From: Bacilli bacterium
GTDB lineage: Bacteria > Bacillota_I > Bacilli_A > RFN20 > UBA1709
Assembly: GCA_045600465.1 (NCBI GenBank)
Contig: JAZRXY010000005.1
Span: forward strand, 1 to 59,460
Direction of reading: 5' to 3'
Length of the DNA stretch: 59,460 nucleotides
Part shown: piece by piece, positions 38,866-48,538 of the stretch
Layout of the letters: the number at the start of each line of letters is the position of its first letter
Position numbering within the stretch: the first letter of the stretch is position 1
Made by a program: the position numbers and the translations under genes
The notes under the pieces: model-generated
Seen by the model: the letters and a program-made list of their open reading frames with translations, nothing else
Told to the model about the DNA's origin: nothing
Databases searched by the model: none

Positions 38866-39588
38866 GTGGAATCAAAAAGAAAAGTTATTTTAAAAGCTTT
38901 AAAAGTCGCTTTCCCATTAACCCTTCCTGTCATGGCAGGTTATGCCTTTTTGGGTCTTTCTTATGGAGTCTATTCTAGCCTGGCTGGACTTTCTCCTTTG
39001 TACCCATTTATCCTAGCTATTTGCATTTTTGGAGGATCAATGCAATTCGCAAGTGTTGCTATGCTTTTGTCCACTTTTGCCCCATTAGAAACCTTGGTTA
39101 TTACCATTGCTATAAATATAAGATATTTGTTTTATGGCATTCCAATGATAGATAAATATAAAAACGCAAAATGGAAGAAACCTTTTTTAATTCATGAGTT
39201 AACTGATGAAACTTTTTCTATTACTTATGCTAATGATCCCCCAAGTGGTGTTGATGCTAAATGGTTCTACTTCTTTATTTCCTTTTTAGATCATATCTAT
39301 TGGATTGTTGCAGCCACTTTGGGTGGTGTTTTAGGTAGCGTTCTTAATATCTCTATTAAGGGTGTTGAATTTGTTTTAGTTGCGCTATTTGTTTGTATTT
39401 TTATTGATCAACTAAGAAAAGATAAAAATCCCGGCCCAGAAATTATTGGACTAGTTGGTTCTATTGCTTGTTTATCAATTTTTGGTAAAGACAATTTCTT
39501 AATACCTACAATGATATTTATCGTTGCTTGTTTATCAATATTTATGATTCCTTTTGAAAGGTGGCATCAAAAAAATGACCATCGTTGA
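38866..39588 (+). CDS. azlC: AzlC family branched-chain amino acid exporter permease (GTG start)
   Basis: FGGSMQF, NIRYLFYG, LTDETFS, YWIVA motifs. Confidence 0.9.
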   Translation: MESKRKVILKALKVAFPLTLPVMAGYAFLGLSYGVYSSLAGLSPLYPFILAICIFGGSMQFASVAMLLSTFAPLETLVITIAINIRYLFYGIPMIDKYKNAKWKKPFLIHELTDETFSITYANDPPSGVDAKWFYFFISFLDHIYWIVAATLGGVLGSVLNISIKGVEFVLVALFVCIFIDQLRKDKNPGPEIIGLVGSIACLSIFGKDNFLIPTMIFIVACLSIFMIPFERWHQKNDHR

Positions 39589-39907
39589 GATCATTATTAC
39601 TTGTGCCATAATTGCTGTTACAACCTTTGTAATTAGAGGGCTTCCTTTCTTGCTATTTGATCATAAAAAAGAGCCACCAAAATACGTTAAATATTTAGGT
39701 TGGGCTTTACCTCCTGCCGCATTTGCAATGCTAGTTGTATTTAGTTTAAAAGATAGCGTTATTACGGCTTATCCTTATGGTATACCAGAAGCTATAAGTT
39801 TAGTTGTTATTGTTTTACTTCACTTATGGAAAAAACAATTCATTTTATCTGTCGGTGTTGGTCTAACACTATATCTTGTTTTAGTTAATTTAGTTTTTGT
39901 TGTTTGA
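39575..39907 (+). CDS. azlD: AzlD family small exporter subunit
   Basis: TFVIRGLPF, LPPAAFAMLVV, LHLWKK; follows azlC; start reassigned to ATG 39575. Confidence 0.88.
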   Translation: MTIVEIIITCAIIAVTTFVIRGLPFLLFDHKKEPPKYVKYLGWALPPAAFAMLVVFSLKDSVITAYPYGIPEAISLVVIVLLHLWKKQFILSVGVGLTLYLVLVNLVFVV

Positions 39908-40438
39908 TTTAAAGTTTCGTTTATCCAAGATCATAACTAAAATTGGAATTAAAATAATTTGTAAAATGATTCCTGGTATTGCGTTAGTTAATGCTCCTGC
40001 AATAAAAAGTTTCATTGTAAATTCATAATTTCCAATTCCTAATAAAACAAATCTAGTTATTCCCCAAACAACTCTACCTACAATCATTGCACTAATTAAG
40101 GATACATAAGTGTATCCTTTTTTCTTAGGAAATAACATATATAGTAATCCTGAAATTAATCCGTATGTTGCTAATTCTGCTGCCATCCCTACTGCGTTAG
40201 GTAACATGTTTGGCATTGTAAATAATGCTGACCTTAATAATGGTGCGCATAGCCCGACCAAAAATCCCCATAAAGGTCCACAAATAAATCCACATAGTAA
40301 AACCGGAATATGCATTAAGCAAAGTGCGTTACCAATTTCTTTTAATTGTGCGCTCAAAAAAGGAAGCACAATTGCTAAGGCTAGCATCATTGCGCTTAGT
40401 ATCATTTTATATACTTTACTTCTTTTTTGGTTTTTCAT
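39890..40438 (-). CDS. ECF transporter S component, substrate unknown
   Basis: MHIPVLLCGFICGP, MAAELATYG, PGIILQ pattern; ~6 TM segments. Confidence 0.8.
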   Translation of the reverse strand: MKNQKRSKVYKMILSAMMLALAIVLPFLSAQLKEIGNALCLMHIPVLLCGFICGPLWGFLVGLCAPLLRSALFTMPNMLPNAVGMAAELATYGLISGLLYMLFPKKKGYTYVSLISAMIVGRVVWGITRFVLLGIGNYEFTMKLFIAGALTNAIPGIILQIILIPILVMILDKRNFKSNNKN

Positions 40439-40884
40439 TTGTTTCTTTTTCCTTTAAAGTAGTTTGTTAGTATCTCGCTACATTCTTTTTCTTTTATTCC
40501 GCCAATAAAGTTAGGATAAAATCCAAGGTTTTTTACACTTTTAATATCAAGGTTTGATACTAGTGCTCCCCCGCTTTTATCATATGCCCCAAAATAAACA
40601 TTTTTAATACGATAATTGATGATCGCACCGACACACATTAAACATGGCTCAAGAGTGACATACATTTCACAATCATCTAATCGCCAATCTTTTGTCTTTT
40701 TGGCTGCTTTTATTAGGGCGTTTATTTCAGCATGATAAATTGATGATTTATGCTTTTCTTTAGTGTTATGTGCTTTAGCGATTATCTTATTATTTCTAAC
40801 AATAACACAACCGACAGGAACTTCATCTTTAGTCACTGCTTTTGTTGCTTGGTTAATTGCTTCTAGCATAAATTTTTCATTCAT
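40435..40884 (-). CDS. tadA: tRNA adenosine deaminase
   Basis: EVPVG, HAEI, VTLEPCLMC. Confidence 0.93.
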   Translation of the reverse strand: MNEKFMLEAINQATKAVTKDEVPVGCVIVRNNKIIAKAHNTKEKHKSSIYHAEINALIKAAKKTKDWRLDDCEMYVTLEPCLMCVGAIINYRIKNVYFGAYDKSGGALVSNLDIKSVKNLGFYPNFIGGIKEKECSEILTNYFKGKRNK

Positions 40885-40906
40885 TGTTTCTTTCTCCTAA
40901 TAAAAG

Positions 40907-40985
40907 TGCCATATCACATCTTGAACTACTTAAGGCTGCTACCTTCCGGCCCTGACCTGGTTCATAGCCAACAATTGATATGGCA
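40907..40985 (-). ncRNA. ffs: Small bacterial SRP RNA (4.5S type, ~79 nt)
   Basis: Minus strand CCAGGTCAGGGCCGGAAGGTAGCAGCC domain IV signature; closing stem TGCCATATCA/TGATATGGCA. Confidence 0.93.
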
Positions 40986-41022
40986 TAATTAGTATACATA
41001 ATTTTATTAAATTATGCAAATT

Positions 41023-41045
41023 AAAACAGGGAAATTTCCCTGTTT
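41023..41045 (-). terminator. Intrinsic terminator after prs
   Basis: AAACAGGGA-AATT-TCCCTGTTT. Confidence 0.7.
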
Positions 41046-41048
41046 CTA

Positions 41049-42005
41049 TTACATGTTATATAGATCGTAAACAATGCTTAAAGGTAAACCTAATTCAATG
41101 TGTTCAATTGCTTTTGCAATCATTGGTGCCATTGATAATACCTTAATTTTGCTTGATTGTTTTTCTTTTGTTAGTGGGATTGTATCAGTTGTTACAACTT
41201 CACAGAATTCAGAGTTCTCTAGTTTTTCAATTGCGTTACCTGAGAATACTGCGTGGCTGCATGCTGCGTAAACTCTTGTTGCGCCCGCTTCTTTTAAAGC
41301 TCCTGCTCCTGCAGTAATTGTTCCGCCTGTATCAATCATATCATCAATCATGATTGCAACTTTTCCTTTTACATCACCGATAATTCCCATAACTTCTGCT
41401 ACATTAGGTCTAGGTCTTCTTTTATCGATGATAGCGATAGGTGCATTTAAGATTTCTCCTAATCTTCTTGCTCTAGTTGCTCCACCATGGTCTGGAGAAA
41501 CAACTACGATATCTTCATCTTTACCAATTTCTTTTCTAAAATATCTTCCGAATAGAGGAATTGCAGATAAATCATCAACTGGGCAATCAAAGTAACCTTG
41601 AATTTGTGGTGCATGTAAGTCTACTGTGATGACTCTATGAATACCAGCTGTTTGTAATAAGTCTGCAACAAGTTTTGCCGTTATTGGTTCTCTTGCTTTT
41701 GCCTTTCTATCTTGTCTTGCATATCCATAATATGGAAGCACGGCATTAATTTCTCTTGCTGATGCTCTTTTTAATGAATCTGCAAATACTAATAGTTCCA
41801 TTAATCTCTCTGTAACTGGGTTACATGTTGATTGAATAATATAAACATTTTTTCCACGAACTGAATTGATGGTATCTGCCATGATTTCTCCATCAGCGAA
41901 GTGCTTAACTTCATTTTCTCCAAGTTCTAGTCCTAATTGTTTACAAACATCCATTGCCATTTCTTTATTGGCTGTTAAGGCGAAAACCACTGTTTTTTCA
42001 AGCAT
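41049..42005 (-). CDS. prs: Ribose-phosphate pyrophosphokinase
   Basis: FADGE, PYYGYARQDRK, VSPDHGG, DDMIDTGGT. Confidence 0.98.
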   Translation of the reverse strand: MLEKTVVFALTANKEMAMDVCKQLGLELGENEVKHFADGEIMADTINSVRGKNVYIIQSTCNPVTERLMELLVFADSLKRASAREINAVLPYYGYARQDRKAKAREPITAKLVADLLQTAGIHRVITVDLHAPQIQGYFDCPVDDLSAIPLFGRYFRKEIGKDEDIVVVSPDHGGATRARRLGEILNAPIAIIDKRRPRPNVAEVMGIIGDVKGKVAIMIDDMIDTGGTITAGAGALKEAGATRVYAACSHAVFSGNAIEKLENSEFCEVVTTDTIPLTKEKQSSKIKVLSMAPMIAKAIEHIELGLPLSIVYDLYNM

Positions 42006-42067
42006 AAACGCTACCCCCTGAGTTATTTAACTTGTAACAATAATATAATACCACTTTTTGCGTGTTA

Positions 42068-42910
42068 TTAGTATACTTTTTCAACTAAGGTTGAAAATAA
42101 GCCTGCTTTTTTAAAGTGTTCAACAACTTTACTTGCAAGTTCTTTATCTTGAGTTAATCCAAAGAATGTTGATCCACTCCCTGATAGCATTACAAAGTCT
42201 AATCCTTGTTCTAACATTTCTTGTTTTAGTTTCTTTAATTCTGGTTTCATTTCTAAAACAGGATATTCTAAATCGTTACTCATTTTGCTAATAGCTTCTT
42301 TGTAATTGTTTGTTCCTAAATCATCGATGATGCTTTTATCTGCCGTTTCATCAAAACCTATTTTATCATAAACATCATAAGCTTCTTTTGTGGAAACCCC
42401 AAAGTTTGGTTTAACTAAGACAATATAATCTTGTAGGTTATTTGGTGTTAGATGAATAATCTCTCCTTCTCCTTCAATTACAACGCTTGACTTAAAGAAG
42501 AATTGAGGAATATCTGATCCAATTCCTTTAGAAATTTCAATTAGTGTTTTTGTTGAGTAATTTAAATTTACTAATTTACAAGCTTCAACTAGTGCTGTGG
42601 CAGCATTACTACTTCCTCCCCCAAGTCCTGCTTGTAAAGGAATGTTTTTCTTAATCTCAACATCATAACCTTGATCAATGTTTGCATAAGCGTTAAGTGC
42701 TTTTAAGATTTTGTAAACTGTATTTGTGCTGCCTGTAGGAACTTCTTTGTTATCACATTTGATGTTGATTTCTCCACAATCATTAAGAGAGACATTTACT
42801 TCATCTGCTAAAGATACTTTGTTCGCAATTGAAAATATCTTATGATAGTGTTCGTGTGTTTTAGGAAATACCGATAAAATTAAATTGATTTTTGCATAAC
42901 TTTTTGCCAT
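42068..42910 (-). CDS. ispE: 4-(CDP)-2-C-methyl-D-erythritol kinase
   Basis: AKINL, KKNIPLQAGLGGGSSNAA, GSDIP, LSGSGST; follows rsmA. Confidence 0.93.
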   Translation of the reverse strand: MAKSYAKINLILSVFPKTHEHYHKIFSIANKVSLADEVNVSLNDCGEINIKCDNKEVPTGSTNTVYKILKALNAYANIDQGYDVEIKKNIPLQAGLGGGSSNAATALVEACKLVNLNYSTKTLIEISKGIGSDIPQFFFKSSVVIEGEGEIIHLTPNNLQDYIVLVKPNFGVSTKEAYDVYDKIGFDETADKSIIDDLGTNNYKEAISKMSNDLEYPVLEMKPELKKLKQEMLEQGLDFVMLSGSGSTFFGLTQDKELASKVVEHFKKAGLFSTLVEKVY

Positions 42911-42911
42911 T

Positions 42912-43748
42912 TTATATTACCTCCTTTATTTTTTTAATTAACAATAATATTTCGTCTTGATTTAAAGTTTCTGATCTAATCGATAAATCAAGATTGCAAT
43001 CATTTAAAAGTTTAATTGCTTTTTCTTTTTCCATTACTTCGGAAAGATTATTATAGATAGTCTTTCTTCTATTTGCAAATAAAACTTTTATTCCTTTTGC
43101 ATAATCCTCTCCACTAATTGGAGTTTCCTTTATATTAAATTCAATAACTATTGAATCTATTTGCGGTCTTGGTAAAAAATCGTTTTTTGATACATATTTT
43201 ACAACTTTCATATCGCTACAAAAATTACTGATAAGTGTAAGCTCGTTTTTGTCTTTATTACTGTTTTGTTTTAATAATCTATTTCCAACTTCTTTTTGCA
43301 TCATTGCAACAATCTTTGTTATTTTAACGTTGCAAATAAATAGTTTTTTCAAGATTTCACTAGTAATGTAGTAAGGTAAATTTGATATTACATAAATCTT
43401 TTCATCTTTATAATTTTCTAATAATTTTTCTAAATCAACTTTCAAAAAATCTTCGTTTATTACTTCTAAATTATCATCTTTAATTTCTTTTCTTAATAAA
43501 GGTGCTAGATCTTTATCAATTTCATAGGCGATAACTTTTTTAGCTAACTTTACTAACTCTTCGCTAAGTGCTCCTAGTCCTGCCCCTATTTCGATAACGA
43601 TAGTTTGTTTATCAATACTGGCTCCTTTGACAATATCTTCAACAACTTTACTATTAATGATGAAATTTTGACCAAATGATTTTTTGGCATTTAAACCATT
43701 AAGTCTGAGTAATTCATCGGTCTTTTTTAGACTTGCTATTTGACCCAC
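42912..43748 (-). CDS. rsmA: 16S rRNA dimethyladenosine transferase
   Basis: KKSFGQNF, EIGAGLG, EIDKDL, SNLPYYITS. Confidence 0.97.
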   Translation of the reverse strand: MGQIASLKKTDELLRLNGLNAKKSFGQNFIINSKVVEDIVKGASIDKQTIVIEIGAGLGALSEELVKLAKKVIAYEIDKDLAPLLRKEIKDDNLEVINEDFLKVDLEKLLENYKDEKIYVISNLPYYITSEILKKLFICNVKITKIVAMMQKEVGNRLLKQNSNKDKNELTLISNFCSDMKVVKYVSKNDFLPRPQIDSIVIEFNIKETPISGEDYAKGIKVLFANRRKTIYNNLSEVMEKEKAIKLLNDCNLDLSIRSETLNQDEILLLIKKIKEVI

Positions 43749-44284
43749 TATTTCATCTCCTTTAACAGTTTTGTTAATTTTTCTTTATCCATATTAATAA
43801 GATTTAAACGCTTTAAAAATGTCTTCCCACTACCGTGCCCTATTCTTAATTTTTCTTCTAAGATAAGTCTATTTTTAGCAGAGTTTTCATTCCCTAGTAA
43901 GCCTAATTCAAATAAATCTGTTGTGTTTAAATTTTCGCTTTGGTTAGAAAAATCGATTAAGTTATTAAGTGCACTTAAAACTTCTTCTTTAGTAGTGTGT
44001 TCTACCCCAACTTTATTTTTGTATTTAGCTTTTTTTACATTAATGAATGCATGTCTTGCATTAGGAATTAATTCTTGTAATTCTTTTCTTATTTTTTCCC
44101 CTGGACTATCTGGATCTGTAAGAATTATAAACTCTCTTGTCTTGGATAGTGTTTTAATATAATCTTTTGTCTTATTAGGAAGACTTGTTCCATCTGTTTT
44201 AATAAAATCGGCATGCAAAAATGTTGATAAAAAATCAATGTCGTGTTTTCCTTCTACAATGATCACTTGTTTAATCTTCTCCAT
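43748..44284 (-). CDS. rnmV: Ribonuclease M5
   Basis: IIVEGKHD, LTDPDSPGEKIR Toprim, GVEH; tatD-rnmV-rsmA synteny. Confidence 0.92.
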   Translation of the reverse strand: MEKIKQVIIVEGKHDIDFLSTFLHADFIKTDGTSLPNKTKDYIKTLSKTREFIILTDPDSPGEKIRKELQELIPNARHAFINVKKAKYKNKVGVEHTTKEEVLSALNNLIDFSNQSENLNTTDLFELGLLGNENSAKNRLILEEKLRIGHGSGKTFLKRLNLINMDKEKLTKLLKEMK

Positions 44285-45053
44285 TTTGTATTCCGTACAC
44301 TTTCTTTGCGTTATTTAACGTTATGTTTGCTAATTCTTCTTTATCCATATTTTTAATATCAGCGATACATTCTGCAGTAAATCTTACATAAGATGGTTCG
44401 TTTAATTTTCCTCTATAGGGAACAGGAGTAAGATAAGGTGCGTCTGTTTCAACTAAAAGTTTATCTAAAGGAATGTTTTCTGCCACTCTTTTTGGCTCTT
44501 TAGCGTTTTTAAAAGTAACAGTTCCTGATAAAGAAATATAAAATCCTAAATCAATAAACTTTTCTGCCATTTCCAAAGAATAAGAGAAACAGTGAATAAT
44601 TCCTGTTGTTAAATATTCTTTGTTGTTCTTTAAAAGCTCATAAGTGTCATTAGCAGCATCTCTAGAATGAACAATTATTGGTTTTTCATATTTGTAAGCA
44701 AGTTTTATTTGCTCTTCAAAAAATTTCTTTTGCAAATCATGATCAACATTTTCTTGATTGTAATAATCTAGTCCTATTTCTCCGATTGCTACAACTTTAT
44801 CTTCTTTTAATAATTCTTCGATTTGTTTTAAGTCATCTTTTTTTGCCCTTAATATCTCATTAGGAATGATTCCAACCGCCGCAAAAACATTATCGTTTTC
44901 TTTAGCAATATTAACAGCATCTATTGATGATTTTAAATCGTATCCTATAACACACATATATTTAACGCCATTATCGTGTGCGTTTTTTATTAGTACGTCC
45001 TTGTTATTAATTAAATCAGGATCATTTAAATGACAATGTGTATCAAATAACAT
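44271..45053 (-). CDS. tatD: TatD family hydrolase
   Basis: DTHCH, GEIGLDYY, VHSRDA, HCFS, ETDAPYL. Confidence 0.95.
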   Translation of the reverse strand: MLFDTHCHLNDPDLINNKDVLIKNAHDNGVKYMCVIGYDLKSSIDAVNIAKENDNVFAAVGIIPNEILRAKKDDLKQIEELLKEDKVVAIGEIGLDYYNQENVDHDLQKKFFEEQIKLAYKYEKPIIVHSRDAANDTYELLKNNKEYLTTGIIHCFSYSLEMAEKFIDLGFYISLSGTVTFKNAKEPKRVAENIPLDKLLVETDAPYLTPVPYRGKLNEPSYVRFTAECIADIKNMDKEELANITLNNAKKVYGIQNGED

Positions 45054-45060
45054 ATTATTC

Positions 45061-46392
45061 CTACTTTCCTAAACAAAATCTTTTAAAGATTTCTTCATCA
45101 AGATGTTCTTTATATACTTCCCCTAATAATTCTTGAATAGAATTCAACGCTTCTTTGATATCTATTTCAATAATGTCAATTGGTTGCAAATTATCACAAA
45201 GTTTAATAGCGTCATTTAAGTTTTCTTTTACTTTTTCCATTAAACCTTTTTGTCTTGCACTAGATAGTAATGGTTTGTTTTGATAATCACTAATATTAAT
45301 GCCTACAACTTTTACCATTTCTTTAATTAGTGGTTCTATTTGTTTGTTAGCCGCTGAAATCACTACGCCTTTTGTAGCATTAGTTAAATCAACTTTGTTA
45401 TAGACTTCAATATACTTTTTTTCTTTAATTAATTCTTTTAATTCTAAATCTTCTTTATTTAACTCTTTTTGATCTGTAACTAATAATATTAAATCAGCTT
45501 TGTTAAAAGAGTCTTTAGCTTTATCAATACCAATCTTTTCTACAAAGCCGGCATCTTTTCTAATACCCGCTGTATCTAAAAAATTAAAGCAAATACCATT
45601 AATGATTGTTGAGCCTTCAACAATATCTCTAGTTGTTCCTTCATATTCACTTACAATAGCCTTATCTTCTTTTATTAATGTGTTTAAAATTGAAGATTTA
45701 CCAACATTAGGTCTACCAATAATTGCAACATTAATTCCGTTTTTAATTACACTACCTACTTCAGCATCTTTAACAATTTGTTCTACTTTGTTTTTTAAGT
45801 TGTTAATTAATGGTTTTAATGTTTTATTTGTTAATTCTTCAATATCGTCATATTCAGGATAATCAATATTAACTTCGATATGAGATAAAATATCTAAAGT
45901 TTCTTTTTTTAGCTCACTAATTGATGAGGAAAGTTTTCCATCTACTCCCGATAATGCTACACTTGCAGCGTCGCTAGTTTTTGCAACAATTAAATCGTTA
46001 ATTGATTCTGCTTGTAGTAAGTCGATCTTCCCATTATAAAATGCGCGTTTAGAAAATTCTCCACGCTCTGCCATTCTAGCACCTTTAGAAATAAGTAATG
46101 ATATGATTTTATTAATTACTATAAGCCCGCCGTGACATGATATTTCAATTAAATCTTCTCCTGTAAATGAATATGGATTTTTATAAGCAAAAATAACCAC
46201 ATCATCAATTTCTTTTTTGTTATCTATAATGTGTCCGTGAATTATTTTGTTTCTTTCTTTAACTTCTATTTTCTTATCAAAAACTTTTGACATTATTTCA
46301 AAAGAGGAATTTCCACTTAGTCTAATTAAAGCTAGCGCACTTTGCATACTTGGTGTTGCTAAAGCTACTATTGTATCGTGTAAGTTTTCCAT
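45061..46392 (-). CDS. mnmE: tRNA modification GTPase MnmE
   Basis: IRLSG, SFTGED, GRPNVGKSS, GTTRD, DTAG, terminal FCLGK. Confidence 0.98.
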   Translation of the reverse strand: MENLHDTIVALATPSMQSALALIRLSGNSSFEIMSKVFDKKIEVKERNKIIHGHIIDNKKEIDDVVIFAYKNPYSFTGEDLIEISCHGGLIVINKIISLLISKGARMAERGEFSKRAFYNGKIDLLQAESINDLIVAKTSDAASVALSGVDGKLSSSISELKKETLDILSHIEVNIDYPEYDDIEELTNKTLKPLINNLKNKVEQIVKDAEVGSVIKNGINVAIIGRPNVGKSSILNTLIKEDKAIVSEYEGTTRDIVEGSTIINGICFNFLDTAGIRKDAGFVEKIGIDKAKDSFNKADLILLVTDQKELNKEDLELKELIKEKKYIEVYNKVDLTNATKGVVISAANKQIEPLIKEMVKVVGINISDYQNKPLLSSARQKGLMEKVKENLNDAIKLCDNLQPIDIIEIDIKEALNSIQELLGEVYKEHLDEEIFKRFCLGK

Positions 46393-46454
46393 ATAACAAT
46401 TCCTCCTTTAAGATAACACCATTATAGCACATGTTAAGTTATGTGATAACTTAA

Positions 46455-46489
46455 TAAAATTAAAACCGGGGTGTCCCGGTTTAATTTTA
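46455..46489 (-). terminator. Terminator after jag
   Basis: TAAAATTAAAACCGGG-GTGT-CCCGGTTTAATTTTA. Confidence 0.65.
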
Positions 46490-47086
46490 GTCAACGTAAT
46501 AAATTGTGATTTGGCGTTTATAACCTTGCCCGCTACTTTCGGTTTTAATGTGCTCCATGTTTCCTAATGTGTTGTGAATGACTCTTCTTTCGTCAGAAGT
46601 CATTGGATCTAGCGTAACATTAACTTTTGTTTTTTGAACTTCTCTAGCAAGTTTATGTGCCATTCTTATTAGTTTTTCATACTTTTCATCTTTGTATGCA
46701 TTGATATCAACAAGGATTCTGTAGTGTCTTTTGAATCTATGTGAACAGGCTTGTCTTACAAGGCTGTTGATTGCTTGTAATGTTTGTCCATTTTTACCAA
46801 TTAAAACAGAATTGTGTGAAGTATTAAGAGTTAATTTAATAACACCGTCTTCTAATTTTGGTGAAATTTCAATTGTTAATCCTAAATCTTCAACAATCTT
46901 TTTAATGTATTCTTGACAGAAATCTACAACATCTGCAAAAGTGAAAACTTCAATTGCAACCTTTTTAGAAAAAAGTTTCTTTTCTTCTAATGTAACAATA
47001 TAGTTTAAATCCTCTACAGGAACATTAAGTTCATTACTTGCTTGATTTAATGCTTCTTCAAGAGTTTTTCCTACATATTCTGCCAT
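46487..47086 (-). CDS. jag: Jag/EloR (KhpB) RNA-binding protein
   Basis: Jag_N (GKTLEEAL), KH (LIGKNGQTLQA), R3H (ERRVIH); ATG 47086 overlaps yidC stop (TAATG). Confidence 0.92.
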   Translation of the reverse strand: MAEYVGKTLEEALNQASNELNVPVEDLNYIVTLEEKKLFSKKVAIEVFTFADVVDFCQEYIKKIVEDLGLTIEISPKLEDGVIKLTLNTSHNSVLIGKNGQTLQAINSLVRQACSHRFKRHYRILVDINAYKDEKYEKLIRMAHKLAREVQKTKVNVTLDPMTSDERRVIHNTLGNMEHIKTESSGQGYKRQITIYYVD

Positions 47087-48183
47087 TACCAAGAATGCCT
47101 CTTTTCTATTCTTTCTTTCTCTTGTTGCTTACGCATTAATTGTGTTGTGATTAACGTTTGTAAACAAGAGAAACCAGATGATGCTAACCAATAAACTGAC
47201 ATTGAAATTGGTAACATCCATCCAACGACAACAACCATGATTAACATAACATATGTGAATGTCTTTGTTTGGTTGCCAGCTTTCTTTTCTTTTGCGTCAA
47301 GCTTGCTATATTTATCTTTATTTAATAATTCTGGTAGTTTCATTGTTAAATATTGTAATCCAATCATAACGATGAAAATAACGATTGCCAAAATATTAAA
47401 TGATAAAACTCCAGTACTTAGTTTTTGAGATAAATCAAGACCTAAAATAACATCTTCTTTTAAAACTAGACATGCTCTAACCGCACCATAAACACCAATG
47501 AAAATTGGTAGTGTGATAAATGGCATAATTAATGAAGAAATAGGGTTAATCTTGTTCTTCTTATATAAAGCCATTGTTTCTTGAGCTTGTTTTTGTTTTA
47601 AAACAGGATCTTGAGTATTTCCATATTTTGCTTGGATCTTAGCCATTTCTGGTTGTAACAATGTCATTCTTTGTTGTGCCATTGTTGGTTTCCAAGTTAA
47701 TAAAACTACTGCAAGTCTAATGATGAATGTAACAATAATGATTGAGAAGAATTGTCCCCATCCATTTAGTCCAAACCCTCTTGCTAGTTTGTCCATTAAG
47801 AATCCAAATGGATAACTTAATAAACCATCAAAGAATCCATAACTAAATGCTTCGCCCCATGTTTTAACTTCAACAGGAATTACAGCTGTTCCGTCTGTCT
47901 TTTCGATGTTGATTGTATCCTCTTCGAAAGTTAAGCACGCAACTTTAGCTCCGCTTTTTAAAATTTTATTAATGTATTCTTCTTTTTGTGCTTCTGTTTG
48001 TGTATCCCAGTCAGCTGGAGTTGCAAATTCTCCAAGCCCTGTTTCTTCATCTAGCATTATTCTTATTTCTTGTGTGATTTGTTCAGTTTCTTTTGTTGAA
48101 CAGAATGTTGCGTTACATGCTGTCACAGAAACCATCAATACTAGACCCACAATACAGGCAGCTAATGCTTTTAATAATTTCAT
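47086..48183 (-). CDS. yidC: Membrane protein insertase YidC (lipoprotein type)
   Basis: Lipobox VTA-C, QPEMAKIQAKY, Q.PI-like LPIF, LSVYW-like MSVYW; rnpA-yidC-jag synteny. Confidence 0.93.
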   Translation of the reverse strand: MKLLKALAACIVGLVLMVSVTACNATFCSTKETEQITQEIRIMLDEETGLGEFATPADWDTQTEAQKEEYINKILKSGAKVACLTFEEDTINIEKTDGTAVIPVEVKTWGEAFSYGFFDGLLSYPFGFLMDKLARGFGLNGWGQFFSIIIVTFIIRLAVVLLTWKPTMAQQRMTLLQPEMAKIQAKYGNTQDPVLKQKQAQETMALYKKNKINPISSLIMPFITLPIFIGVYGAVRACLVLKEDVILGLDLSQKLSTGVLSFNILAIVIFIVMIGLQYLTMKLPELLNKDKYSKLDAKEKKAGNQTKTFTYVMLIMVVVVGWMLPISMSVYWLASSGFSCLQTLITTQLMRKQQEKERIEKRHSW

Positions 48184-48197
48184 ATGTCGTCACCTCT

Positions 48198-48524
48198 TTA
48201 GTGTGAAATTTTTTTGTAAAGATATTCTAGTTCTTTTTCGTTTTCAGAATAATCTTTAAATTTAAATTCGTTTTTAATGATGATTACATAATCTTTGCTT
48301 TGATTTAAATCAAAGATTTTCCCTACCATCATTCTGATTTGTCTTTTTGCTTTGTTTCTTTCTACTGCGTTGCCTACTTTTGCACTGATTGTTATGCCTA
48401 CTCTTGCATGATCTAAATTGTTTTCGATTGAGCAAAGAGTAAGGCCTTTTGTTCCCGCGCTATGATGTGCGTTTAAAACTTTTTTGAAATCAGTGTTTTT
48501 TAATAATCGATATTCTTTTTTCAT
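48198..48524 (-). CDS. rnpA: RNase P protein component
   Basis: RLLKNTDF, RVGITISAKVGNAVERNKAKR RNR motif. Confidence 0.96.
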   Translation of the reverse strand: MKKEYRLLKNTDFKKVLNAHHSAGTKGLTLCSIENNLDHARVGITISAKVGNAVERNKAKRQIRMMVGKIFDLNQSKDYVIIIKNEFKFKDYSENEKELEYLYKKISH

Positions 48525-48538
48525 TTAGTAAAAATGAC

